A stretch of 47,690 nucleotides of DNA, filler included, from Catajapyx aquilonaris (GCA_000934665.2; 2 parts of 2 records of this genome joined end to end with filler, not necessarily neighbours in it); one strand, 5' to 3'. Positions 36,557 to 47,690 are shown, counted from the whole stretch's first letter. Notes: generated from the letters alone by a model not told the origin. Made by a program: numbers and translations.

Positions 36557-38926
36557 GCTTCTGCCCATTCTACTTCATCAAAATTTAAATATGGCCAGTT
36601 ATGATTTTGTATTTGTATGTGGTTTCCCAACTTTCTGGCAGCCTGCAGTATAAATTGAACCCATTTGCAACTTTCTAAGATGGCCAAACAAAATTCTGCA
36701 AAAATTGTTTCATAACCCGCACAAATTTCATTATAGTGTCCATGTTGTGAACTAAAATTCAATTAGTGTTAAGTATCACCAGGAAGCACAATCAAACGCA
36801 ATCTTAACTCAAAGCTGCTCAGTGGAAAATAATCTAAAACCATGCCTACAGCCAGTTGAAAAAAAAAACAAAAACAAAAACAAACAAACAAACAAACAAA
36901 CAACTAATGAATCAGTTGCAGAAATTGCTTTTGAGCAAATGATAGCATTGTCTAAAGACTCAGAGACTCACCTTCTTGTAAAGAGTAGTCGCCACACTAC
37001 AAGACAATTCTGCCAGTTCTGAAAGATCAAATGGATCATAAATAACCATTAGACATGTGTAATTCAGGCAACATCTACATACATTGACCTGAAGGTTGAA
37101 AAACAACAACTGAACGCCTGAATAATGCACAAATGGTCTGGAAAGTTACATGCTGCAATTCTAAAAACAGCCCAGATATGAAGTTGTTTGTGCATTGCAT
37201 TTGAAATAATATCCAAATAACCTTTTTTACCTCACCATAAAAAATATTTTCAATGGTATATCTGCCAAAGCAGCATCTCCATGTCTCCGTGTAAAGTCTT
37301 ATTCTCACATACATGCAAGTGATTTTCAATAAAATGCAAGACACAAATCCAGGGTCATAATCAGCAACTCTGCTGCTTTGGTGCCATAAGCATAAGTGTC
37401 AAACTTGCACATATTTTTAAAACATCTTAATTAGGGTACATAAAAATGTTTCGTCAACATATTTGTGTAAGTCATTTCATGTAACACAATATTAATTTTA
37501 ATATTAATTTCTTATATACCTAGCTCATGCAATGTGCTTATGCCAGTTAACTAAAGAAAGTGNTGTTCCATCAAACATTAAACTGTAACATCTGTTACAT
37601 ATTGCATTGTCGACATACCCAGCAAGTCCGACCAATAACCTTAAAGTGACATCTAATCACATGAAGATGAAAAGCTTCCTACACAGTCAGGTTAGAGATC
37701 CAAGTTATTAATATAACATTAGCTGATGGATTGCTCAAGGTGTTCCTAACAATGCCTTATTCAACAACACGTGACAGGATGATTTCTGGAAATGGACTTA
37801 GCTTAATACACCATATTCCCAATTATCCCACTGCACATTATCCGTGTTACATAAATGTTATCCGTGCATTGCCAAAAAATAAAATTCAAAATAAAAGTTC
37901 GAAAAAATGTCAATATGTCTCGCAAACAAAGAAATATAACGAACTTTTTCTAGAAGAGAAACTGAAAATCTATGGTAAGTTTTATTATTTTGATTAAACC
38001 TACCTTATTTAAAGCAGCACACACTATGTACAGTAGTACATTAAAATCTCTGAATAGCTCATTTTTACGGTATCTAGGACCACTTTCGGATTATAATCCA
38101 TGCTTTCTGATTATCAGGCGACACCCCTGCATTCATTAGCCCAGATAATTGGGAGTATAGAGTACTTAAAAGTTAGCAACCCTGGGATTCCTATAACACC
38201 ACGGAATTCAACAATTTTTCGTATAATCCTACTTACACCAAGCCGTGGCAGCTTCAGTTTGGAGTTTAGATATCACAGGTAAAACTCTGATATCATTAAC
38301 AAGCTTAGAAGTCCAACACAAATGGCCAGTAATTCCTTCTGCAATGCATGGGTTCACCAACTATTTTAACTGCCAGTTATCAGCTAACTGTAGCTTACGT
38401 TTGTTGACACAGCACGTTTAAACTCCAATGAACTCTTACTAGTCAATTAAAATGTAGGAAAAACTGGGCATAGGAACCCAGGACCTACACACATAACGAA
38501 TCCAAACAATTTTTTATTCCAACTGGTACATTGCTGAAAATATGCCAATTCCTGCAATTGGCCAATTTAAGCCGCTGCCTACGTGCTTGACAACAGCAGT
38601 TTACTGCCTCATCTTCCGAGCTTACAACACAGCTATTAATAAGTAGCATGATTTTTTAAAAATTTCCCAGACACAGCATTACCTATGCTAAAAACACTAC
38701 TTCTAAACAGTTGTGCATTCCATTCTGGCATATCCATATACACAATTTTTGTCTTTATGCATACAGACATCGAACAGATGCCATCATGTTATTCAATTAT
38801 AACATGCCAATAAGGTCCCACTCTGCATCTATTCCATCAAGTTCGCATCAATTAAGCCATTATTTGATTGCTGAGCCATGATGCCCAATAGCACTCACTG
38901 TTTCAGCTTATTAATGAGGTTCTTAC

Positions 38927-39360
38927 AATAGAACAGCACAACAAAGTTCGCTCTCGACACTGCTTGCAATATCCCATGCACCAAGGTACTCTTGGCACAG
39001 CATTATTGCGGACACTCCCATAAGAAAAGCATCCAGTGTCTGGAATATTGTGCTGATAGTACCTGCCCCTATTTCCACAGTATTACTAGTCATGTGCAGA
39101 ATATCCGGTTGATGAATGTTTACACTGTCTGGGATCGCCCTGCCTACTGAACCCCACCTATAGTCCTGGAGATTGGCGAGTATCCAGCTTGCAGCCTGAG
39201 GTATGGTGACGGTCTTGAAGTGAGAGTGGACGGCACAAAGAGACAACAAGGGGCGGCACAAAGCACGTACAATTCCGTGCTTCGACTCCGACCTCCGAGG
39301 CAAATGATTCACCTCCGGGCTGCTTGACCACACACCGCAGACGTTTCGTATGCCGGGAGA
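38927..39360 (-). other. Probable non-coding first exon (5'UTR) of CDC42SE; upstream boundary approximate
   Basis: GC/CpG-richer block ending in a minus-strand donor tt|gtaaga (38926), upstream of the CDC42SE acceptor at 32515 and just downstream of the CNBD gene polyA signal. Confidence 0.5.
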
Positions 39361-40293
39361 TGGCAAGTTACACATATGGTCAATAGATGGCAGTATTACG
39401 AGCTAGGAAATCAATATGGTGCTTTTGGCGCCATCTGTCTGTACGTAGCACAAGGAACCTGTTCATTTGTAGGTTTGAGTTGAAGGACGAGCCTACTACC
39501 TGGTTTTTCTTTTTTTCTCTCTCATTTTTTAAGAAAAAAAGTGTAATGACGTTTGTTGAACTTGTCATAAGCGCAAAATACGAACGTAAAAGAAAACTAA
39601 CCAGTAGACCATGGAGCCCCTTTTTAGATCAAATTAGGGCAAATGAGCGATGACCCCGGATAAAACATCTACGTATAATTGCGAAACCACCATACCTATA
39701 TAGTATGCATCTACAGCATAAACCATTGCATTCTAGCATGTCTTTTACAGCATAAATCATCAATTTCTATGTTCTAATTACCACCATAAATGGCCATCAT
39801 GTTGGCAAGCATATCATGCAATGGGGCACGCATAGTGACAAGCATAGGCAGCCAGGCTTGATTCAAAAGCAGGGATTACTGCACTACTATAAAAATATAT
39901 ATTATCACATCAGTTTTCATTTTCTATCATTATAATAAACCAGGGTCAAAAAATGATACCACCAATATTAGATGGAGAGGATTTTCTAATGTGAATGTGA
40001 GCTCAATATAATATTATGAAACATGATATTGTGTAGCCTACAATAGCAACTACAATAGAGAGTCAAAATATCACACAGTATGGTATACTTTATGTAAATT
40101 TTTTACATTGATACAGAAACTATATGAGTATCCTGCAAAATGTTGTTTCACTAGAACATTCTTCTGCCGCCAATTATGTTGCTGAAGGGCACATCAGCTA
40201 GGGATGTAGAAACTGTCTTCCCCCTACAGGAAATAACACCCCTCACAATCTGAAAGCCAATCATATTTATTCTATGAAAAATGACTGCCAATA

Positions 40294-40517
40294 TCAACTG
40301 CTAATATTCCTGACCTCTTGCTGGTAGGAATGCCATTCTGTTATCTTGAAAAACTCAAAGAAAACTTCTTCTTCACTTGGGATGCTCTCTATTACATAGC
40401 GTTTGAGTTGAAGAAGTTGCACCACATTTTTGAATGTTGCTAGCAGATAGCGTGGAATCAGGAGACATTTGACCCTCGGTGAGCTGCTGATAATCATGCA
40501 GTTGGCCAGGTCTTCCC
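40294..40517 (-). CDS. CNBD2-like protein, last coding exon
   Basis: ttattcag acceptor, phase 1. (G)EDLANCMIISSSPRVKCLLIPRYLL...IPSEEEVFFEFFKITEWHSYQQEVRNISS*; AATAAA at 40266-40271. Confidence 0.8.
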
Positions 40518-40813
40518 CTGAATAAATTACATACCAAATGTGCAGGTGACACAGTACCATACCATGCAAATGAACAAAGGGTGATGAACAATAGCTGGTG
40601 TGATATAGGGCAAGCAGTTCAAAAAGTACTACGTTTTAAATTGCAGAACTAAATGTGATAAACCATTAACACAATGCATGAAATTTAAAACCTTGTTCCT
40701 ATTTTGTGGATTAAAATAATATTGTATTTGCCATTTACAGGTTTTTTACTTCACTTTTCACTTTGATAATAAACTTTGCATGAGCACAAGTGTATGGAAA
40801 AAAAGACACTGAC

Positions 40814-41497
40814 CTACACAGAAAGCATGTCCCTTCCTGTATTCGCACACCTGCATATAATGCTCGACAATCTCAGGAATTTTCTGAGAAGTGACGTTCC
40901 TCTCTGTGTTAGCAAAATAGCTCTTATAGTAATCCTGGGGCTCTCGGGGAGAAAAATATTTTTTCCTCGTATCAGGCATTTTTGGAGCCTTTCCTGCAGA
41001 AGGCTTGTCTTGAGAAGTCCTCTGAAAAGACTTGCTTATTGGAGCTTTGTTTTGTGTAGGCTCGCTTTGACCTGTCTTCTGAGCCAGTTTGATTGAAGCT
41101 CTGATTTGAGCAGATTTGATTGAAGCTCTGATTTGAGCAGATTTGATAGGAGCTCTGCTTTGAGCAGGTCTGATTGGAGCTCTGATTTGAGCAGGTCTGA
41201 TTGGAGCTCTGATTTGAGCAGGTCTGATTGGAGCTATGTTTTGAGCAGACTTCCTTTCTGATTTGCCTGAGGGTGATGGCAAGGCAACATTCAAGTCACA
41301 TGAAGCCCCAAGTATGGCTTCACTAACAAAAGACAGTTTGTTCTCATTGTATTCAGGTGCTGGTTGCATTGGAACTGTGGGCTTGAGTTCATATGTAACG
41401 GCTCCTTTCAGTTTTGGTGTCTCCAGCACACAGATGGTGCGAACCAGCTTGCAAGTACCTTCTACCACAAAGTAGGTGTATGTAGGACACTCTGCAC
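40814..41497 (-). CDS. CNBD2-like protein, large exon (CNB beta-roll split by a repeat insert)
   Basis: NAGNAG acceptor ttccagcag (start 41500 or 41497). AECPTYTYFVVEGTCKLVRTICVL ... HYMQVCEYRKGHAFCV(G); donor G|gtcagt in phase with the next exon, giving FCVGE. Confidence 0.8.
41085..41250 (-). repeat. Coding 27-bp tandem repeat (~6 copies) encoding (A-P/S-I-R/K-P/S-A-Q-I/S-R)n
   Basis: Plus-strand unit gattggagctctgatttgagcaggtct and variants; translation APIRPAQIR/ASIKSAQIR in ORF 40758..41468. Confidence 0.92.
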
Positions 41498-42240
41498 CTG
41501 CTGGAATTAAAAATAATGGTGATTCTCACAAATGTAACAACTGAGGAACTCATCATGTGGGGTGCCACAGTGGGCTGTAGGCCAACTGTATTCGTCCAAT
41601 TATCAACGTCCAATGAAAAGTCATATATACAGTACAGTACAGACTGTATACTTTATGTAGTAGTGCGCAGTACACAAATTCTGAGACTGGCCTACTTTTT
41701 GGTTTAAAAATCTGTAACAAAATAATGCCTGTTTTAGACTTGTCTTTAGTAGTGAAATTTTATTTTTCTTCTGGGGAGCAAAAACTCTGTCAAAGAGTGG
41801 ATTGGCATGACAAAACTACATTTCTAATTTTTTTTAATGCACCAAAGGGCGTCCTGCTGAGAGGGAGTTTATTGTCGTAACTATAACTTAGGTTTTTCTT
41901 ATTGTAAGGTAGGCTACTGTATAAACAACCCTTACTCACACAGCATTCAGCTCACAATGAATCACGTGGTGATGACCCAAGTCACGAGGACATGCTTAAA
42001 AAATGTATGCAGAGCTCAGCCAGATCAATTGTTAGAAAAATAAAAGACGAGAATGCATGTGTTGTCAATAATGTGAAATTTTTACTGTACTTGTCCAACT
42101 TAGGAGGAAAAAATGTCTCATCTTCCAAGATAGAACACTGCAACTTAGCAACCATTTTAGACATTATATACAAGGATTGGGCTTTTTGACGGTTTCAAAA
42201 AAACACCCAACATAGGGAGGGTACAACTTCACAGATTTTT

Positions 42241-42600
42241 CTTTTTTCTTTTTTCTTTTTTTTTTTTACCCTGTGCTAGGCATCAAAGGCCTCTTTGGGG
42301 GGTGGCACACCACCATCAGTTTTCTCTGTGTATTACACTTTTCTTCATTCACCGGTGCAAGGAGTCAAGGATGTCGGGTAGGGGTAGGGATTTTTTGGGG
42401 AGGGAATATGGGTGCAAGTGCAATGTCTACAAATGGGTCATGTGCTGTCCCCCAGGAGGTTAGGTTGCCAGACACCTCCTTGGTGCAGGTCAGAGACCCT
42501 CCCGACGCAGGTGAAAGGAAAGTTCCCCAGGCGGGGATCGAACCTGGGGCCTTTCACTCAGCAAGCCGTGACGTTACCATCACGGCCACCACACCTCCCC
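42241..42600 (-). mobile_element. tRNA-derived SINE family B
   Basis: Head ggtggccgtgatggtaacg...ggttcgatccc; similar to 34784-35146; polyA tail (plus-strand T run); short TSD cagatttt. Confidence 0.8.
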
Positions 42601-43185
42601 CAGATTTTACTGTATTATTACATAAGTTACTGTGGCTATAGTGCTCAAGTCTTAACATATACCCATACCTGCTGATACATAAATTCTAGGATAAGATATC
42701 AAATATATGAATTATTGCCACTAATTACTCAGGTTTGATAGTGGCACCAATTCACAAACCATAAAAAATTATATTATTACCTACCAAATTCGCTACCAGT
42801 ACTGGTACGCGATGAAAAAGAGCATTGTACTAGACTGTCACATAGGGACTTGGGTAGGTAAGACAATGATTCTTAATGCATCTGATTCGTGTAACTGACT
42901 AATGTTCGCTGGCATTAATTTGGTTACCGATTGGTACATGAACACTTTCTACCCCTTCACATTAACCTTGAATTGGGCCTAGGAATCCATCCAGTGCAGT
43001 GGTGGCTAGATGACCAGGAGTTGCTACTCAAAGCCTGTGTGCAGCACATGCACATGAAGCAAGTTCATTAATAAATTCTGCAATTATGAGGTCAGTACCA
43101 TGGGAAGGCTACTGTCATCCTGGGGTAGCAAGATTGTTGCTATTATTAAACTGTGTACTGTAGGCCTACAGTACTGTAGAACTAA

Positions 43186-43468
43186 TAATAATTCATACCC
43201 CGTTATCAGCCGGCGGCTCTTTAGGGGGGAATTTTTGTTTTGTCTGGAACTCTTTGCTTGCATTTTTACTTATTGCTCTTTGGGAGAGGATAGGAAAGGA
43301 AGGGGGCGGCTGTGTCCTGTTTATTAGGAAACAACTCCGGAATTCTCCTGGAGAAACCGTGGGAAACCACAGAAAACCACGGTTAGAGTTGCCGGCACCG
43401 GGATTCGAACCCAGGACCTTCCGATTAGCAGTCGGACGCCTTATCCACTATGCCAACCTGCTTCGGTC
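43186..43468 (-). mobile_element. tRNA-derived SINE family A
   Basis: Close match to the 34095-34389 copy; flanking direct repeat tactgtagaactaa (43172-43185, 43479-43492). Confidence 0.88.
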
Positions 43469-44113
43469 AATAGTAGCCTACTGTAGAACTAAAACAGTAC
43501 CTGCACTGGTATTGTATGTTAGATATTATTTTGTTTTCCAGTAACTTCTATTTGACAAGTAGCAGCAAAAAAGTAATGAAATACCTTGTAGGCCTATTAT
43601 ACGTTTACTCCCACCAAAGAACTGCTAACAGAATTCCGATAATGGAAGTGTTAAAAAGGTCTCAGGCTTTCTTAACAGAAAAAAGCAGTGGGTCAGAGCA
43701 GAGGGAAGAAGAGAATATCCCAATAGCTCTTCAAAACTTAAGTTTTGCACAAAAAACACTGATACAGAATGCCACAAGTAGTGTGACCATTACCTGACAA
43801 TTTATAGTGAAGATTGGGATACTCCTATTGTGACAAGCACAAAACGATTTGAAGCGGTGATGCCTGTATTTTGTGCAGTCTGATGCAAGGCACTCATGTC
43901 CAAATGAGATAAAATGTGACACCCTGCAGTGACTAGCAGACACACACCATGGAGAAAAGAGGATGCAAAACTCCAAAGAGTGACAAAATCATGCCTTCAG
44001 GAATGTTCCACTGCAAATCTTTAATTCACTCTCCAAAAATTTGTGTCAAATTGGGATATGCTCGTCTTCCTCTGACTCAAAATAATTACAAAGGTTTGGT
44101 ATTAAATACTCAC

Positions 44114-44257
44114 GAGCTACTTTTAGCATGAGTTCATCCATGTTGTATTTCACCAACTTGCATCGTTTCCCTATGTTTTCCTTTTCCTGCTTTGTCCAGT
44201 TTGAGAAATAGGGAAGTACAGAGAAGACCCTGCCCAGCTTGGAGACATTGGTGAAAT
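44114..44257 (-). CDS. CNBD2-like protein exon (CNB N-terminal helices and first strand)
   Basis: tatgcag acceptor, C|gtgagt donor, 144 nt phase 1-1. DFTNVSKLGRVFSVLPYFSNWTKQEKENIGKRCKLVKYNMDELMLKVA, resembling the CNB entry LP.F..W...L.....Y...E. Frame not in the ORF track. Confidence 0.78.
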
Positions 44258-44585
44258 CTGCATATGAAGCAACAGACGATTATATTGGTTGGGTGTGGGG
44301 ATATAATTCTGGGGATGGAGTTGACAGTGGTGGTTCCTTCAGAATCTACCCCATGTCCAAAGAATGGAGCAAGCTTATGAAAAGGGTATGAGGGGAGGGT
44401 TGTTTCTTGATGCACTTGGGGGAGCTAATGTGGGTGGGAGGGCTTCAGTGTACACTTCACCTGAAAGATTTCTGGCATTCTTGAAGTAAGCAATATACTG
44501 AGCATGACAAACATTTTTTGGGAATCCTAATGTCCAGGGCTGAGACATTCCCATATATAATATATTATGATATACTGTATTCACA

Positions 44586-44835
44586 GGGAGGCGAAGTGGC
44601 GCTGCGGTAACGTATGCGCCCACGGATGTTAAGGTCCTGGGATCAGATCCCGCCTGGGGACACCCACTTCATCTCGTGAAGAGTTTAGGGCCATCTCTGA
44701 CTTCATCTCGGGTGGTATTTCCGATAGACTAAACCACTCAGGGGAGCTCACAAAATGACCAATATGTCATTGCACTGCACTTGCATATCCCCTCCTGTCA
44801 TCCTCCCTATCGCTCGTGGTACCCCAGGCGTTACG

Positions 44836-44920
<85 letters not shown>

Positions 44921-45319
44921 CTGGGGTAATGTGCTTTCGCCCCCACATGGAGGCATATCGAACCTTTATTTATTGAGGTACCTTTTGGTGCCTATTCATT
45001 TGAAACGCCCGGGCCCACGGGCAGGATGACAGGAGGGGATGTGCAAGGTGCAGTGCATTTTTAGTGAACTCCCCCGGGTGGTTTAGTCTGTTGGAAATAC
45101 CACCCGAGACGAAGCCAGAGGTGACCCTGAACTCTGCACGAGATGAAGGGGGTGTCCCAGGGCGGGATTTGATCCCGAGACCTTAACATCCATGGGCGCA
45201 TACGTTACCGCAGCACCACTCCGCCTCCCCCGTTACGGTGAAAGGTCCACCTGTAGTAGCGTGTAAAACACAGCAAAATAAAGGTACTGTGCCGATGCCC
45301 AAGGGCGGTGCACTAAACC

Positions 45320-45392
<73 letters not shown>
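44586..45392 (+). mobile_element. SINE family C (outer copy), interrupted at 44837 by a second copy
   Basis: Head gggaggcgaagtggcgctgcggtaacg; resumes at 45231 and ends cactaaaccc(ATT)n. Confidence 0.85.
44838..45230 (-). mobile_element. SINE family C (inner copy, antisense)
   Basis: Head at 45230, (ATT)n tail seen as (AAT)n at 44839-44918; 9-bp TSD cgttacggt (44829-44837, 45231-45239). Confidence 0.85.
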
Positions 45393-45398
<6 letters not shown>

Positions 45399-45434
45399 TC
45401 AGCACATGAATACAAAAAGTAAAGCCTAACTCAC

Positions 45435-45540
45435 CATGCGGTCTGCCTGTCGCTAGAAGAGTTGATTCTTCTTTCTTTGTTCTCCTAGAGTCTGGTCCAT
45501 CAGTCATCTGAACCTTGTGCATGTGATTGCTTTCAGACAT
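45435..45540 (-). CDS. CNBD2-like protein, probable first coding exon (exon begins 45559)
   Basis: tttggttcag acceptor, G|gtgagt donor. MSESNHMHKVQMTDGPDSRRTKKEESTLLATGRPH; the four exons join to 1158 nt (385 aa). Confidence 0.65.
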
Positions 45541-46139
45541 AGTTATGATGTAGGTATTACTGAACCAAATCATTCATATTAAGTTTTAGAATTTTACCTT
45601 GACATATAGCCTACTAAATTTACTGCTAGGGTAGATCTAACTTTGTCATTTCTCTAAATATTAAAATAATGAAACCATAACTACCACCAAATATATCAAC
45701 AATAAAAAGTCTTGCCAACTGCAGTTTATACACGTGGTCTTTATGGGCCAGTTACATTAAACATACAGTGCTGGACATATTAGCAGTCCTTAAATGTTAA
45801 CTTATGTCCATTCAGACACATCTCAGCAACAATTTTCAGCAATCTGGTTAGTACCTGGCCAGAGACAACTTGAGGAATTGCTCTAATGTCATGTACTGTA
45901 GTACTGGGTATGGACCCAGTTCTCACTAAAATAGACCAGGAACATGATTGTGGCTGAGGTGCATCTACTAAATTATTGCAAGATGCACATGTATAATCTA
46001 AGAAATGTTACCAATACAGCCACAAGAAATTATTGGCTCTCTGCAATATGCACTTCTCTGTCAGTCATATTAATACAGATTTGTAGTCATATTATCCATG
46101 ATAGACTACAACAGTCATCAATGTATTCTGAGTATTCAA

Positions 46140-46683
46140 TGTATTCTGTAATACTGATTGGTGCACATAAAATGTCTTTCAAAACAAAATACCCACCAGA
46201 GTTTGTCCTTCGCAATCCCAGCATAATTATGGCAGCCATTGCTATGAGTACACCACACAATGTTGGGGAGGTGGAGAACAGATGTATGATACCTCATTCC
46301 TTTGCATATTTGACTCAAGAAAGTAATGATGAAGTCAAGTGTGATCCTGCATCACATATATACTTGGCAAAAAATTGAGTGTTCATGCAGGTTCCTCTGA
46401 CATTCCTCCAGCAATGCCTAACAAAGTGTCACACAGGTCCATTTCTGATCAGGTATCAAGACGGGAGGTGCCTGTCAGGTTGGCGCTCTGTACATCCCCC
46501 ATGTCAGTCAGAATGGAATGGAATACTTTATGATATATCCATTATGTGTCTATCATGTTGATGGTAAGTTTGCTATCCTCTTGTCATAGGTGAGGTCCAC
46601 ACTCTTGCCTCAATCCTGGCTGGTGCTGGAGGGGCAGGATCATATTGCAAAAATATAATAATAATAATAACAACAACAACAAC

Positions 46684-46721
<38 letters not shown>

Positions 46722-47250
46722 CAACAACAACAACAACAATAATAATAAGAATAATAATAATAATAATCCGGGTTAGTGCTGACCTCATCAGAGGTATGTA
46801 GCACGGACCTTTATTTTATTTTTGTCGTGTACATCGGAGCCTTTATACGTAACGCCCGGGCCCACGGGCAGGATGACAGGAGGGGATGTGCAAGGTGAAG
46901 TGCAATGTCTTTATGTGGCCATTTTTAGTGAACTCCCCCGGGTGGTTTAGTCAGTGGATATACCACCCGAGACGAAGCCAGAGGTGACCCTTGAACTCTG
47001 CACGAGATGAAGGGGGTGTCCCCGGGTTGGGATCGAACCCGGGCGCGTACGTTACCGCAGCACCACTTCGCCTCCCGATCATATTGCAATATCTCCAATA
47101 CCAGCTGGAATTCCTCTGCACATCTTTTAATGGTTACATAAATATTATGAAGAGCAGCTTCATGCAATGTTTGGCACATGTTCTGGTGAATCTCCTTTGG
47201 GGTCATCCTCCTCCTAGGTCACAGCACATTCTTCAGTTTTCTCCATTTCT
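46140..47250 (-). pseudogene. Decayed mariner (Tc1/mariner) transposase, split by a SINE
   Basis: Fragments MEKTEECAV, TPKEIHQNMCQTL...YVTIKRCAEEFQ, QKWTCVTLC*ALLEECQ, DHT*LHHYFLES and DCEG follow the mariner order (TPKEIH, TVKRW..EF, DETWVHHY.PES, WD.EG) with stops and frameshifts. Confidence 0.75.
46651..47076 (-). mobile_element. SINE family C with (ATT/GTT)n tail, inserted in the mariner relic
   Basis: A/B boxes tggtgctgcggt / ggttcgatcc; 13-bp TSD gatcatattgcaa (46638-46650, 47077-47089). Confidence 0.9.
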
Positions 47251-47609
47251 TAGATAGATCTACACCTATTCACACCTGTAAGTGCCTCCGAGGGTTGTTC
47301 TGATAATAAGGTTCATGTAGTGATATTTCCGGAAGGAATGTAGTAGCCTACGTATAGGGAAATTATACCACTTGCAATTATGGGGCATTTGTCTGTCTCA
47401 CTGAGCATCGTGTGGTCTCTAGAGTGCATCCTGTGCATGCACTCTGCAAATAAACAGATCTGTGCAATCTGGTAGCAACTTTGGTTCATTAAGAGCAACC
47501 TCTTGGATGAGTTCTTGGGTGTTGTAATTGGTCTCAAGTAGAATCTCACGACAAATGTTGTCAACTTGAGTGCTGTGAGCCTCCCCTTTGTTTATTTCGA
47601 TCGAACGTT

Positions 47610-47623
47610 GTTGCCGTGGCAAC
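47610..47623. promoter_or_regulatory. X-box (RFX binding site), putative promoter of the CNBD2-like gene
   Basis: GTTGCCGTGGCAAC, one mismatch from the palindromic RFX consensus GTTGCCATGGCAAC, in a CpG-containing patch 5' of the minus-strand gene. Confidence 0.7.
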
Positions 47624-47690
47624 GGGTTAATAAAAAAGTGTTTGTATCAAATGAAATGTCGAAAGTTTAATGAAGGGGGGGTGGGAGGGA

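Noticed and set aside
38923..39375. 150-aa minus-strand ORF
   Set aside because: No recognisable domain, and its stop falls inside a splice donor; better explained as the CDC42SE 5'UTR exon, possibly with uORFs.
41085..41250. Regular repeats as a possible CRISPR-like array
   Set aside because: Head-to-tail 27-bp units without unique spacers, inside a eukaryotic coding exon.
43796..43925. Candidate extra CNBD exon (...GCHILSHL...)
   Set aside because: In-frame stop before the good donor, and exon 44114 joins 41497 cleanly to complete the domain without it.
44748..46788. Poly-L/N/I/V ORFs
   Set aside because: Translations of (ATT/AAT/AAC)n SINE tails.
46770..46812. Minus-strand CTGATGA suggesting a hammerhead ribozyme
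   Set aside because: No downstream stem II plus GAAA core, and the motif is not kept in the other family C 3' end at ~45290-45320.

Overview
Eukaryotic (invertebrate, arthropod-like) genomic DNA made of two segments joined by an artificial 100-nt spacer (N44-TTAATTAATTAA-N44, 23872-23971). The left segment holds eight + strand coding exons of a group I (mGluR1/5-type) metabotropic glutamate receptor; its 5' exons lie upstream of the window. The right segment holds, on the - strand, a complete CDC42 small effector (CDC42SE/SPEC) gene and a four-coding-exon cyclic-nucleotide-binding-domain gene (CNBD2-like) with a near-perfect RFX X-box upstream and a 9-aa tandem repeat inside the domain. The right segment is also dense in tRNA-derived SINEs (four families, most with target-site duplications), hAT/piggyBac/Tc1-mariner-type MITEs and palindromic MITEs, often nested, plus a decayed mariner transposase. 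Most short ORFs in the supplied track are spurious. I found no clearly new biological system. The best leads are the group I receptor and its candidate tail splice switch, the X-box/CNBD gene, an in-frame retainable intron in CDC42SE, and arm/centre flip-flop in a palindromic MITE family. All family assignments are from recalled motifs, not database searches.
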